DNA from: a virus
Lineage: Duplodnaviria; Caudoviricetes
DNA: 55,779 nucleotides
IMG/VR virus record: IMGVR_UViG_3300032397_000016
Span: 1 to 55,779 of that record
Reading direction: 5' to 3' (one strand)
Positions 9,625 to 19,250 of the stretch are shown one piece after another. Numbering within the stretch: the first letter of the stretch is position 1; each line of letters opens with the position of its first letter. Under the pieces are notes generated by a model, which ran no database searches, had not been told where the DNA came from, and was given only the letters and a program-made list of their open reading frames with translations. Both the position numbers and the translations under genes were made by a program.

Positions 9625-9689
9625 TGAACCTGAGGGCATCGGACTTACCGGTGCCCGACGGCCCGTGCCTCATGCCGAGACACGTACAA
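9625..9689 (+). repeat. Pre-gene structured repeat element, copy B
   Basis: GAACCTGAG, hairpin, GACGGCCCGTGCCTCATGCCGAGACACG. Confidence 0.8.
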
Positions 9690-9702
9690 AGGAGTAGATA
9701 CT

Positions 9703-10554
9703 ATGAAAGCGTTATCAGAGCGCGCAGTGATGGTTCGGCTCTCCATAAGTTTCTGGGCGGGCCGCAAGTTGGACCGGCGGGTGACCGCACGCGTTACGGA
9801 CTTGTGCGGAGCCGCCAGCGACGCAGGTAGATGGAACAAGTGGCTAGTCCCGAAGGCGTATCGGGAGGACATGGAGGCCGCGATGATTCACGCCCGCGAA
9901 GTCTTCTACCGGTTCACCCTGCCGTGGGACGACGCGGGGACGCGCATCATGCCCATTGCCCATTTCGATAAGTTCTCGGCGGGCATGCGCAAGTACCACG
10001 ACGCCTTCGACAAGGCCGTGGTTGAGTTCGTCCGGGCGTACCCGCAAGTTCTCACCGACGCCGAGAATCGGATGGGTGAGACATTCGACATCAACGACTA
10101 TCCGGCCGTGGAAACCGTCAAGGCGAAATACGCGTTCAATGTTGATATTCACCCGGTCCCCGACTCGCGGGACTTCCGCATCGACATCGACAAGGACCGG
10201 CTCTCGGAACTCGGCCAGCGCATCGACTCGCAAGTCCAGGAGAGAGTCGCCGCGGCCACCAAGGACTTGTGGATACGGCTCCATGAGTGCCTGAGCAAAA
10301 TCGTCGACCGACTGTCCGGAGGTAAGAAGATATTTCGGAACTCACTCATCGGCAACCTTCGGGAACTGGTCGCCATTCTGCCCGCGTTGAATCTCGCGGG
10401 CGACAAGGGACTTGCGGAGATGGTGACGCGTCTCAATGACGGCCTCGCGAAGTTCGACCCCGAAGTCCTGCGGAACAGCGACAAACACCGCGGTGCGGCG
10501 TCGGACGAAGCCAAGAAGGTGCTCGCCAAGATGGCGGGGTATGTTGGCAAGTAG
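9703..10554 (+). CDS. DUF3150-like helical phage protein
   Basis: W.GRKLD, GRWNK.L, TLPW, YP motifs; sits upstream of an AAA/VWA pair, the usual context for this family. Confidence 0.6.
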   Translation: MKALSERAVMVRLSISFWAGRKLDRRVTARVTDLCGAASDAGRWNKWLVPKAYREDMEAAMIHAREVFYRFTLPWDDAGTRIMPIAHFDKFSAGMRKYHDAFDKAVVEFVRAYPQVLTDAENRMGETFDINDYPAVETVKAKYAFNVDIHPVPDSRDFRIDIDKDRLSELGQRIDSQVQERVAAATKDLWIRLHECLSKIVDRLSGGKKIFRNSLIGNLRELVAILPALNLAGDKGLAEMVTRLNDGLAKFDPEVLRNSDKHRGAASDEAKKVLAKMAGYVGK

Positions 10555-10558
10555 ATTC

Positions 10559-10592
10559 AAGCCCGAGGGCCTGAGCCTCATGCCGAGGACAG
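10559..10592 (+). repeat. Pre-gene structured repeat element, copy C (lacks the first hairpin)
   Basis: GGC-CTG..CCTCATGCCGAGG..CAG core. Confidence 0.65.
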
Positions 10593-10613
10593 AGCGAAAG
10601 GAATGGTACAAAT

Positions 10614-11621
10614 ATGAAGCCGACTGAACTGTTCACGCTGTTGGTGGGCATGATTTCCGCGCGTCTGCCGGTCCTTATCAAAGGCGCGCCCGGCGTCGGT
10701 AAGACGGACATCGTGCGGATGGCCTGCCAGTCGTTGGGTGCAGACATCATCGAATCTCACCCGGTCGTATCCGACCCCGCGGACTTCAAGGGCCAGCCGT
10801 GGGTTATCCCCGGCCCGAATCCGAAAGAGGCGACATTTCTACCATATGGAGATTTGGCCAAGTTGATTAAGGCCAAAAAGCCGACGGTCTTTTTTCTCGA
10901 CGACCTCGGCCAAGCGCCCTTCTCGGTTCAAGCCGCCGCAATGCAACTCATCTTGGGTCGACATATCAACGGGCATAAGATTGCCGACTGCGTCACGTTC
11001 GTCGCGGCCACGAACAGGAAACAAGACAAGGCGGCAGTGACCGGCATCCTGGAGCCGGTCAAATCAAGATTCGTCACCATTGTCGAACTGACCCCCGACC
11101 TGGACGACTGGATTGTCTGGGCCGTCGGCCACGGAATCCCCGCCGAGTTGATTGCGTTCTCTCGGTGGCGGCCGGAGTTGCTATTCAAGTTTGAGCCGTC
11201 GCTAGACATCACGAACAGTAGTTCACCAAGAACGGTTGCCAACGCCGCCGAGGTGTTGGCTCTGAATCTTCCGGCCCACGTCGAGTACGAGGCGCTGTGC
11301 GGCTCGGTTGGACAGTCGTACGCCACTGAGTTGACTGGATTTCTCCGAGTCTGTCGGCAGTTGCCCGACCCTCGCGAAGTCCTGGCGCATCCCGAGACCT
11401 CGCAAGTCCCGACCGACCCCGCAGCGCTCTACGCCCTCGCGGGCGCGCTCGCGCGTGCGGTCGACGAAAAGACGGCTCGGGGGTTCTTCGTCTACGCGAG
11501 TCGACTGGGTACTGATTTTAGCATCTTGATGGTTCGCGACGCGACTCAACGCGTCCCGGCAATCAAAGAGTGCCGCGCGCACGCGGCCTGGCTTTCCAAG
11601 CACGCAGACGTCATGGTATAA
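10614..11621 (+). CDS. MoxR/AAA_5-type ATPase
   Basis: GAPGVGKT, FFLDD, AATNR, SRF, SPR motifs. Confidence 0.85.
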   Translation: MKPTELFTLLVGMISARLPVLIKGAPGVGKTDIVRMACQSLGADIIESHPVVSDPADFKGQPWVIPGPNPKEATFLPYGDLAKLIKAKKPTVFFLDDLGQAPFSVQAAAMQLILGRHINGHKIADCVTFVAATNRKQDKAAVTGILEPVKSRFVTIVELTPDLDDWIVWAVGHGIPAELIAFSRWRPELLFKFEPSLDITNSSSPRTVANAAEVLALNLPAHVEYEALCGSVGQSYATELTGFLRVCRQLPDPREVLAHPETSQVPTDPAALYALAGALARAVDEKTARGFFVYASRLGTDFSILMVRDATQRVPAIKECRAHAAWLSKHADVMV

Positions 11622-11633
11622 GGGGATGAAGAA

Positions 11634-12989
11634 ATGACCAAGGCAATGGCGAAGGTGATGGCGGGCCGAGCCCGTCTTGTGCTCGACCACCCATTCTTTG
11701 CGACTCTGGCGTTACATCTTGGTATCGAAGAGTCTCCTTCCTGCGGGACGGCTTGCGTTAACGGCGTTCGGATGCGGTTCGCTCCGGACTTCGTCAACAG
11801 CCTTCTCGCGACCGAACTCGTGACCGTGTGGTGCCATGAGGTTATGCACTGCGCTCTTGGCCACGCAAGCCGCCGCTTCGACCGTGACCACGAACTGTGG
11901 AACATCGCAGGCGACTATGCTATCAACATTATTCTGGTTGACGCCGGTCTGCAAATGCCTGCCGGGGCGTACGTCGATGATGCCTTTCGGGGAATGACAA
12001 CCGACGAGATATACCGAATCCTCGATGAACGCCGCCAAGAAGACGAGCAACAGCAACAGGAGTCGCCCGGAGCCGACGGTGCACAAGACGACTCCGGTGG
12101 CGGTTCGGACGACGGCAAGTCCGAGAAGGGCGGCAAGTCCGAGAAGTGTTGTGACGACAAGCCGCAGGGCCAAGACGTTGGCGGTGAAGACGCCGAAGAC
12201 GACGAGTCTACCGATGAAGACGGGTCCGGTGGCGGTGACGGCGACAACGGCGACGGCGACAACGGCGACGGCGACGGGCAGAAGGACAACGGTGAGACCG
12301 CCGAGACCAAAGACCCCGGCCGAATGGGCGCGGTCGAAGACGCTCCGGTAGGCGTCAACAAATCTGAACTTGACGACACCTGGCGAATCGTTCTTGCACA
12401 GGCCGCCGTACTTGCGGCGGGCAATATGCCCGGGTCTCTCAAGAAGGTTGTTGATAGCATCATAGCGCCGCGGCCGCCCTTCCTCGCGATGCTAGAGGAT
12501 TTCGTTGACAGGACCGCCCGCAACGATTACGATACCTCACGGCCGAGTCGGCGTTATTTGCCGTGCGGACTTATCATGCCGACGCTTCGGAGCGACGAAC
12601 TACCGGCGATTGTTATTGCCATTGATTCGTCGGGAAGCGTGTGGCGGCATGTCGATAAGTTCGCCGCGGCGGTCAGCGCCGTTCTTGAACGGTTTGAGAC
12701 AACTATCCACGTGATTTACGTGGATGCGGAAGTACGGGACTACAAGGAGGTGACTCGACATGACTTGCCGCTGGTTCTGGAGCCCAGTGGCGGCGGCGGC
12801 ACGAGGTTCGGTCCGGCCTTTGAGTGGGTGGAAAAGCAAGGATTGACTCCGGCGTGTCTGGTCTACTTGACAGACCTATGCGGCAGTATGCCCGAGCGCG
12901 AGCCCGACTATCCGGTGCTTTGGGTGACGACTGAGGAAAAGAGTAGAGCGCCGTTCGGGGAAACCGTCTACATGCCTTTGACCGATTGA
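11634..12989 (+). CDS. DUF2201-type protein: HExxH metallopeptidase + acidic linker + VWA-like domain
   Basis: HEVMH, WNIAGDYAIN, DSSGS, GGGT.F, YLTD. Confidence 0.85.
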   Translation: MTKAMAKVMAGRARLVLDHPFFATLALHLGIEESPSCGTACVNGVRMRFAPDFVNSLLATELVTVWCHEVMHCALGHASRRFDRDHELWNIAGDYAINIILVDAGLQMPAGAYVDDAFRGMTTDEIYRILDERRQEDEQQQQESPGADGAQDDSGGGSDDGKSEKGGKSEKCCDDKPQGQDVGGEDAEDDESTDEDGSGGGDGDNGDGDNGDGDGQKDNGETAETKDPGRMGAVEDAPVGVNKSELDDTWRIVLAQAAVLAAGNMPGSLKKVVDSIIAPRPPFLAMLEDFVDRTARNDYDTSRPSRRYLPCGLIMPTLRSDELPAIVIAIDSSGSVWRHVDKFAAAVSAVLERFETTIHVIYVDAEVRDYKEVTRHDLPLVLEPSGGGGTRFGPAFEWVEKQGLTPACLVYLTDLCGSMPEREPDYPVLWVTTEEKSRAPFGETVYMPLTD

Positions 12990-13018
12990 ACCGGGAGCCA
13001 TTGAAAGGAGTAGATGTC

Positions 13019-13342
13019 ATGAAAACCATCATCGCGGCAATCTGTTTGTGGCTGGCCTGCCGGGTCAACATCGCCAGGAGCATCACGCACAAAGTCCAGT
13101 GCCTTCTGAAGGGCCACGACCTTTTCGACGTGTTCACATACGTCGCGGACCCCAGGACGGTCGAATACGGGCGGCTGGGCGGGGGCGGCATGGCTTTCCT
13201 CGTTCGATACTGCCGCCGGTGTGGTATGTACACGGTTGTGCGCGGCGAAGCGCCGGTGGACGCGGAGGCGCATGACCTCAAAGAGAAGCGGCCGAAGTCG
13301 AGAGAGAGGTGGCGTCTGATTCGCGTCAACGTCGGTCGGTGA
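13019..13342 (+). CDS. Hypothetical protein (C.LKGH...CxxC)
   Basis: RBS AAAGGAG. Confidence 0.6.
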   Translation: MKTIIAAICLWLACRVNIARSITHKVQCLLKGHDLFDVFTYVADPRTVEYGRLGGGGMAFLVRYCRRCGMYTVVRGEAPVDAEAHDLKEKRPKSRERWRLIRVNVGR

Positions 13343-13347
13343 GTCCC

Positions 13348-13406
13348 GAACCTGAGGGGACCGGACTTATCGGTCCCCGACGGTACGGGCCTCATACCGG
13401 GGTCCG
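13348..13406 (+). repeat. Pre-gene structured repeat element, copy D
   Basis: Aligns with copy B and shows compensatory substitutions. Confidence 0.75.
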
Positions 13407-13422
13407 ATGAAAGGGTAAAGCC

Positions 13423-13725
13423 ATGAAATTGGTGCTGGTTAATGACAAAGGTGAACTGTTTACCGTGACTGAGCAAGTGGAGAAGTACAACCTTGGATAT
13501 GAGAAGGACATATCCGAGTTGGTGCAAGTTCTCCGACTCACCCGAATCGAGGTTGCCCAGGGTTCCGTAGTCTCGGACCGCGACCGGTGCCCGCAATGCG
13601 GGGAGTACACCAAGGACAGGCTCATATGGAGTGAAGAAAATACGTGTGTGATTTGCCAGACTTGCGGTACCAAGTTTGTGCCACCCAGCAAACACGGTGG
13701 CAACGACGAGAGCGACCAGACTTAG
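13423..13725 (+). CDS. Zinc-ribbon hypothetical protein
   Basis: CPQC...CQTC. Confidence 0.65.
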   Translation: MKLVLVNDKGELFTVTEQVEKYNLGYEKDISELVQVLRLTRIEVAQGSVVSDRDRCPQCGEYTKDRLIWSEENTCVICQTCGTKFVPPSKHGGNDESDQT

Positions 13726-13755
13726 CACGACCCGGCACGGAAAGGAGGTGTATAT

Positions 13756-14046
13756 ATGGCCAGGGTTCGATTGAAGGCAACGGAGCGTGTCCCGCTTATC
13801 AACCGCGTACCGCTCGCGTCAACGGGAGTGAAGTATCAACGGTTTCAGATAAGGACTTGCACGGAGGTTGAAAGACTTGTGAGCCAACTCCAAGAGGCTT
13901 ACAGGGCGTCGCTCGCAAGCGGCGGCACATACTCAGTCTACCGAACGGTTGGCGGCAAGGTGGTGCTTGCCGTTGAAATCCAAGTGCCCGCCCGATTCGG
14001 TCGGCGCGTCAAGCGGCTTGTGAGCAAGGAGCCGGACGATGAATAG
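13756..14046 (+). CDS. Hypothetical protein
   Basis: Strong RBS AAGGAGGT. Confidence 0.65.
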   Translation: MARVRLKATERVPLINRVPLASTGVKYQRFQIRTCTEVERLVSQLQEAYRASLASGGTYSVYRTVGGKVVLAVEIQVPARFGRRVKRLVSKEPDDE

Positions 14047-14605
14047 ACAACGCTTGATAAGACAACTTACCCCGGTCAAGGCTGGTAGCCCACTTGTCGG
14101 ATGGACATTAAATACCATCCGCCACAACGCGTGGAAAGTCCGACCGCTCTACGACGAGGGCGACCTGTTCAACGAGGCCTTTTTGGTACATGCACATTGC
14201 GATGCAATGTACGCGAATGTGCGGGACGCAAAGCACTTCGCGGCGCTCTATCGTACGGCGTTTACGAGGCGAATCATTGCTCTCGCCGCGGAAGCGGCGA
14301 AGGCCAGGACTTGCCAGAACGTGGCCGATTACGTTGACGCGGTCCGATGCAAGAGCGCATCCGAAGAATCGCTATGGCAAGATATGTACGCCAAAGACCT
14401 TGAAGTGACAGCACCTCCGACGGTCAAGCGGCTTCTCGGATGTGTGGAGGTACTCAAGTTCCTTGGCAACATGCCTCGTGCTTGGGGGACCACCCGCAGG
14501 CACGCGAACAATCGGCTGTGTAGAATCGCAGGAATTAATCCGACTTTCAACGACCTTGTCGGTACAATTGAGCGATGGCTAGGGGTTGCCGTTACACCGG
14601 AGTGA
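14039..14605 (+). CDS. Putative sigma-factor-like protein (region 2-like)
   Basis: DEGDLFNEAFL...Y...HFAALYRTAF.RR resembles sigma70/ECF region 2. Confidence 0.45.
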   Translation: MNRQRLIRQLTPVKAGSPLVGWTLNTIRHNAWKVRPLYDEGDLFNEAFLVHAHCDAMYANVRDAKHFAALYRTAFTRRIIALAAEAAKARTCQNVADYVDAVRCKSASEESLWQDMYAKDLEVTAPPTVKRLLGCVEVLKFLGNMPRAWGTTRRHANNRLCRIAGINPTFNDLVGTIERWLGVAVTPE

Positions 14606-14659
14606 GGCGCTTCGGCGGCAGCGACTACCAGAGTTCAGAGGACATAAGGAGATGCGAAC

Positions 14660-15424
14660 ATGACTATCGTAAAGGAGTTGGTGAAGGCGACGGGGCAAGA
14701 GAAGCAAGGCAAGAAGGAGTCGGACGCCGCGTTCTACAAGCGCGTCGTTGTCGCCGCGGCGGAGATGGAGGACAATGACTTTGCGAAGGTGAGCAAGCCC
14801 GCGCGGGACTGGGCCGACGCGGCCACGAGCGCCATCAACGCGAAGGAGGACATCCCCGCCCCGGACGAGGAGCCGGAAGAGGGTGACGACGTCGAAGAGG
14901 CGCAGGCCGAGGCCGACGACGCCGAGGACGCATCGGATGATGAAGATGAGTCCGAGGAGCCGGAAGAGGACGCCGACGACGCCGAGGAGCCGGACGAAGA
15001 CGACGCCGAAGACGAGGCCGAAGACGAGGCCGAAGACGAGGCCGAAGACGAGGCCGAAGACGAGGCCGAAGACGAGCCGGAAGAGGAGGCCGAAGAGGAG
15101 GCCGAGCCCGAGGAGAAACCCACCAAGGCCAAGAAGACCAAGAAGGCATCCAAGCATGTCGACGACGAACCGGTCAAGAAAGGTAAGAAGGTCAAGGCCG
15201 AGAAGAAGGCCAAGGCCGAGAAGAAGACCGGCAAGGTCGCCGCGGGCAACCGGCTGCGCACCCTCTGCGTCAAGCACCCTCGCTGGGACTGGGCCACGAT
15301 GTGGCACCAACTCACCAAGGAGGGGCTCGCCACCATCCTGTCCGAGAAGTGGGCCAAGTACCGGTACGACGAGGCCATGAAGGTGCTCAAGGTCGCCTCC
15401 GACCTGGGCAAGTTCAAGGCCTAA
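14660..15424 (+). CDS. Protein with long acidic low-complexity tract and Lys-rich tract
   Basis: RBS AAGGAG; high GC3; (EDEA)n followed by KKAK repeats. Confidence 0.75.
   Translation: MTIVKELVKATGQEKQGKKESDAAFYKRVVVAAAEMEDNDFAKVSKPARDWADAATSAINAKEDIPAPDEEPEEGDDVEEAQAEADDAEDASDDEDESEEPEEDADDAEEPDEDDAEDEAEDEAEDEAEDEAEDEAEDEPEEEAEEEAEPEEKPTKAKKTKKASKHVDDEPVKKGKKVKAEKKAKAEKKTGKVAAGNRLRTLCVKHPRWDWATMWHQLTKEGLATILSEKWAKYRYDEAMKVLKVASDLGKFKA
15005..15076 (+). repeat. 12-bp tandem repeat GCCGAAGACGAG x6 (AEDE)
   Basis: Read directly from the sequence. Confidence 0.9.
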
Positions 15425-15523
15425 TACTCATGAGCCGGCGGCATCCGGCTAGATGCGACGACGCCGCCCGGTGGGGTCTTTCGCTCTGGCCACCGGGCGG
15501 CGGTCGCTTAAGGAGATACCCGT

Positions 15524-16633
15524 ATGAATCGCTCGATGCTTCTTTCGTGTCTACGTCGTGCCGAGTCAACCCTAGCGCCGACGAATCCAAATCGGATTCT
15601 CGGCGCTTTTTGTTTTGGCAAGAAAGGAGACGTGACTACATACGATGATGTGGTTGGAACCAAGGTACCGGTGGCCAAGTGGTTGGGTGAGAGCCCCGGC
15701 ATTATCGGTTGCGTCGAGGGGCCTTTGCTCATGGCCCTTCTGGCCGCGTCGTCGAGCAAGGACTTGACAATCACGCCCGCCGACGCCGAAATAGGGCTTG
15801 CGTTCGGTCGGTCTCGCGCCCGCCTGCCCATCATATCCGCCGCCGACTTCCCATTCAGATTTCCCAAGACTGAAGATGTGCCGATGTTCAAGATAAGTAC
15901 CGGTCTCTTGGACGCGTTTGCTCTCTGCGCGGAGACGGCGGGGAGCGACGACGCCCGGCCCGAACTGTCCGGTGTAACAATCAGCATATCGGTCGGTGAG
16001 GGGAGCAACGACCGTGTCGATGTGTACTCGTCGGACGACCTGACCACCACCTGGGCCAGCGCGGTTATCAAGGGACGTGCAGATAAGTACGGGTCTTTCG
16101 GTCTGCCGGTAGGATTTGTCAAGAGCCTCATCGGCCAGCCCAAGGATGACCAAGCGGCCACTCTCGGGTTCGGCAAGTCCGGCGCTGTCTTCGCGACGAA
16201 GAGGGGTTTGCGGTGCTTTGCGCGGTACACACACAAGAACTCGGACAAGACATTCGTTGAACTCTTTACGGGATATGCCGATAAGAGCAAAGGCGTCTCT
16301 GTGCCCGTTACCGAACGGCTTATCGGTTGCGTGGCTCGCGCCCAAATCCTTGTCGAGCACGGTGGCGGGCCGACTACGGAGTTCAACATATCAAGAGAGC
16401 ACAAACGGTTGACGCTCCGAACGGTTGGCCCCGCGGGGGAGGTGACCGACACGATGGCGCTCCCCGCGAGCGCGGACTTTGGCGAGTCTTTGGTGTCGCT
16501 GCGGACGGGGCCTGGACTTCTCGCGCGGGCACTCTTGACCGACAGGACGGCGCGCTTTAGGTCCGACGCTGTGGTGGTTCAGGCCAAACACATGGTGCAC
16601 TTGGTCAGCGTTGCCCAACATATCGAGAAATGA
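15524..16633 (+). CDS. dnaN: DNA polymerase sliding clamp (beta-subunit-like), divergent
   Basis: 369 aa; LPIISAADFP and ARPELSGV motifs; adjacent to PolA and DnaX. Confidence 0.7.
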   Translation: MNRSMLLSCLRRAESTLAPTNPNRILGAFCFGKKGDVTTYDDVVGTKVPVAKWLGESPGIIGCVEGPLLMALLAASSSKDLTITPADAEIGLAFGRSRARLPIISAADFPFRFPKTEDVPMFKISTGLLDAFALCAETAGSDDARPELSGVTISISVGEGSNDRVDVYSSDDLTTTWASAVIKGRADKYGSFGLPVGFVKSLIGQPKDDQAATLGFGKSGAVFATKRGLRCFARYTHKNSDKTFVELFTGYADKSKGVSVPVTERLIGCVARAQILVEHGGGPTTEFNISREHKRLTLRTVGPAGEVTDTMALPASADFGESLVSLRTGPGLLARALLTDRTARFRSDAVVVQAKHMVHLVSVAQHIEK

Positions 16634-19239
16634 CTATGGGATTTCAAACACGCTCCGAACAAGCATTTGGCCGAACGAGCCGCCGCCCCGCCGGTCCTCT
16701 GCATACGTCATTTCTTCGGTCTGCTGGTTGTGCGGCCTGTCCCCATCGCGGACGTGTTGGATTGAGGCATCCTCATATGGAGCCGACCGGGTCCGACGCG
16801 CCTTTGCTCTACGTCCTTGGCGAAGCGCCGGGCAAAGACGAGGACGCCGAAGGCTGTCAGTTCGTGGGGAAGACAGGCAGGATTCTACGCACATTGATAC
16901 CAAAGGGGTTCTCACGTGTTCGGTGGAATAACTGCGTGCGCTGCCGACCTCCCGGCAACAAGACCCCCGAAGCGAACGAGGTCGAGTCTTGCCGCGCATC
17001 GGCGGAGAGAGATATAGAGGTCACTAAGCCGACGATTGTGGTAGGTGTTGGTGGCGTGTCTCTCCGCTGGGCAACTGGCCGCGACGGCATAAAGATATGG
17101 CGCGGCCGCCGGACACCCATCAAGGTGGGTAATCATGTCTGTTGGTTCTACCCGATTCTCCATCCGTCATTCATAAGTAGAATGCGCAATGGGAGGGACG
17201 AGGAAGGAATCGGGCCGGAGTGGGAGCCTGTCTTTAAGAGGGATGTGGCGCGGGTGCTCGACGACGCCACCAGGCCCGACACGCCGAGACCAGAAGTGGA
17301 GGACTTGAGGTATCTCGACTCGGGCATAACCATTTACGACAAGACGACCAAGGCCAACTTGTCGGCCATATGTCGGTTTATGGATACAGCACGCGGCAAA
17401 TCCCCGCTGGTCCCCACGTCTATCGACTTAGAGACATCTACCCTCCGCCCGTATGCCCCCGGCGCAAAGGTCTTGTCCTGCGCCATCTCCATCGGTAGTA
17501 AGACCGTTGCCTTTCCTGTTGACCACCCCGAAGCGGCGTGGTCTCATGCACATAGAGCCCATCTGTTGGACAGTCTCTTTCGGCTCTTCCACAGTCCGAC
17601 CATCATGGTTGCACATAACGCCATATTTGAGTTGGAGTGGCTCGCGTCCCTGTTTGGGACATCGGTGGTGCGGGCGGCGTTGTGGGTATGTACCCAACAA
17701 CAGGCATACATAATTGACAATCGGAAGACAGGCAAGAAAACCCGCGGCGGCACGGGTCAATCATTGGACTTCCTGTGCCGCCTGTGGTTCGGCTTTGACC
17801 TGAAGGCGCAAAGCACGGTCAACCCTGCCCGTGCTGGAAGCGCACCGATAAAGAAGTTGCTTATGTACAACGGGAGGGACGCCAAATATGCACATAAGTT
17901 GGAGGGCGTCCAGCGCGATGCCATACAGGAAATGGGGTTGCTCGACGTCTTTAACGAGCACATGCGCCGCATCCCCAGCATCGTGCTTGCACAGGCCACC
18001 GGCGTACTGGTTGATACCGACGTGTCCAAGCGCATGGACCGGAAGTATCGACGTAGGATAGACAAGATAGGGACGGAGATTGCCCAACAGCCAGAGGTGC
18101 GCAAGTTCAGGAAGCGCACGGGGAAGGACTTTGAGCCGTCGTCACCAAACCAAGTGGCCACCCTTCTGCGCGACGTCGCTCATTGTCGCGAGGGCTTGAC
18201 GCGGTTGGGCGGCTACTCGACAGGCAAGGCGGTGCTCGACAGGATTAAGCGGCCGATTGCCCGGCTCATTCTTAGACATCGGGAAGTGACGAAACTTCAC
18301 GGTACGTACATAACTGTGTTCTTGCCCGGGAGCAAGGTTTTGTATCCCGACAGTCGGCTGCACACTCAGTACAACGCCAGTTTCACGGGGACAGGCCGCC
18401 TATCGAGTGAGGACCCCAATCTACAAAACATTCCATTTAGAACCGAAGAGGGTCGGCGGATTCGCAAAGCGTTCCCCGCCCCGCCAGGTCACGTCATGGT
18501 GGCGGCAGACTATGGGCAGATAGAGCCGCGGCTTATCGCGATGGCGTCGCGAGACAAGAACCTATTGGCATATATCAAAGACCGGCGTGACGTGCACGGT
18601 GTATGGTCCGAGCGCATCGCTCGTACATATAAACCGGTCTTTGAGAAGTTCTTGGCGGCGGCGGGCGGCGATAAAGAGAGAGCAATAGAGGACATGCGTA
18701 CCGATGTCAAATCGAACTGGGTGCTCGCAGGGTTCTACGGGTCCGAAGAAGATGCGATGATACGTCGGTATAATCTCCCGCGTCGTATCGGCGGCCGTTT
18801 ATATCGAGATTTCCGTGAGGAGTTTGAGGGCGTCTATCGGTGGCGGACTGGTGTGGTGAAACAGTACAACGAGATGGGATATATCGAGATGCTTACTGGG
18901 CGCAGGCGCTACGGTCCTCTAACTCTGAATATGATTGGCAACTCGGGGATTCAAGGCACGGCCAGCGACGTGCTCGTAAACGCCGGCGACCGTTTGTCGG
19001 AGCGCGCCCAAAAGAAGCGCGAGCCCTGGCTCCAGTTCGTAATGAACATACACGATGAGTTGGTATTCTACATACCCAAAGAACGCAAGACGCTGGAGCG
19101 GGCCATTGAGCGCGTGATTCGGACAATGCTCTTGGTGCCATTCTCTTGGGTGTGTGCTCCGTTCGTGGTGTCCGTCAAGACCGGCCCGACCTGGTATGAC
19201 TTGCGCAGTATCGGCAAGTTCTATACCGATGAACTCTAG
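16630..19239 (+). CDS. polA: Family A DNA polymerase with N-terminal family-4 uracil-DNA glycosylase domain
   Basis: UDG: CxxC, GEAPG.DED, FVG, CRPP.N, HPS. Exonuclease: DLET, YNGRD. Polymerase: TGRLSS.PNLQN, DYGQIE.R, HDE. Confidence 0.92.
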   Translation: MTMGFQTRSEQAFGRTSRRPAGPLHTSFLRSAGCAACPHRGRVGLRHPHMEPTGSDAPLLYVLGEAPGKDEDAEGCQFVGKTGRILRTLIPKGFSRVRWNNCVRCRPPGNKTPEANEVESCRASAERDIEVTKPTIVVGVGGVSLRWATGRDGIKIWRGRRTPIKVGNHVCWFYPILHPSFISRMRNGRDEEGIGPEWEPVFKRDVARVLDDATRPDTPRPEVEDLRYLDSGITIYDKTTKANLSAICRFMDTARGKSPLVPTSIDLETSTLRPYAPGAKVLSCAISIGSKTVAFPVDHPEAAWSHAHRAHLLDSLFRLFHSPTIMVAHNAIFELEWLASLFGTSVVRAALWVCTQQQAYIIDNRKTGKKTRGGTGQSLDFLCRLWFGFDLKAQSTVNPARAGSAPIKKLLMYNGRDAKYAHKLEGVQRDAIQEMGLLDVFNEHMRRIPSIVLAQATGVLVDTDVSKRMDRKYRRRIDKIGTEIAQQPEVRKFRKRTGKDFEPSSPNQVATLLRDVAHCREGLTRLGGYSTGKAVLDRIKRPIARLILRHREVTKLHGTYITVFLPGSKVLYPDSRLHTQYNASFTGTGRLSSEDPNLQNIPFRTEEGRRIRKAFPAPPGHVMVAADYGQIEPRLIAMASRDKNLLAYIKDRRDVHGVWSERIARTYKPVFEKFLAAAGGDKERAIEDMRTDVKSNWVLAGFYGSEEDAMIRRYNLPRRIGGRLYRDFREEFEGVYRWRTGVVKQYNEMGYIEMLTGRRRYGPLTLNMIGNSGIQGTASDVLVNAGDRLSERAQKKREPWLQFVMNIHDELVFYIPKERKTLERAIERVIRTMLLVPFSWVCAPFVVSVKTGPTWYDLRSIGKFYTDEL

Positions 19240-19250
19240 GAGCCAAAGAC

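Noticed and set aside
9391-9689. 30-bp direct repeats as a CRISPR mini-array
   Set aside because: The intervening ~240 bp contains a gene, the repeats abut RBSs, and no cas genes are present.
9625-9689. Hammerhead or HDV-like ribozyme
   Set aside because: No CUGANGA...GAAA core, and the stem order does not fit HDV topology; kept only as an unknown RNA element.
12703-13728. 341-aa minus-strand ORF
   Set aside because: Antisense to plus-strand genes with good RBSs; no recognisable motifs.
14579-15417. Long antisense and alternate-frame ORFs (also 11915..12523, 21534..22238)
   Set aside because: Shadows of low-complexity GAC/GAA repeats that lack stop codons.
16630-19239. Intein or intron in PolA, DnaB, RecA or TerL
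   Set aside because: Lengths are accounted for by known domains; no C...HN splice motifs or interrupted frames.
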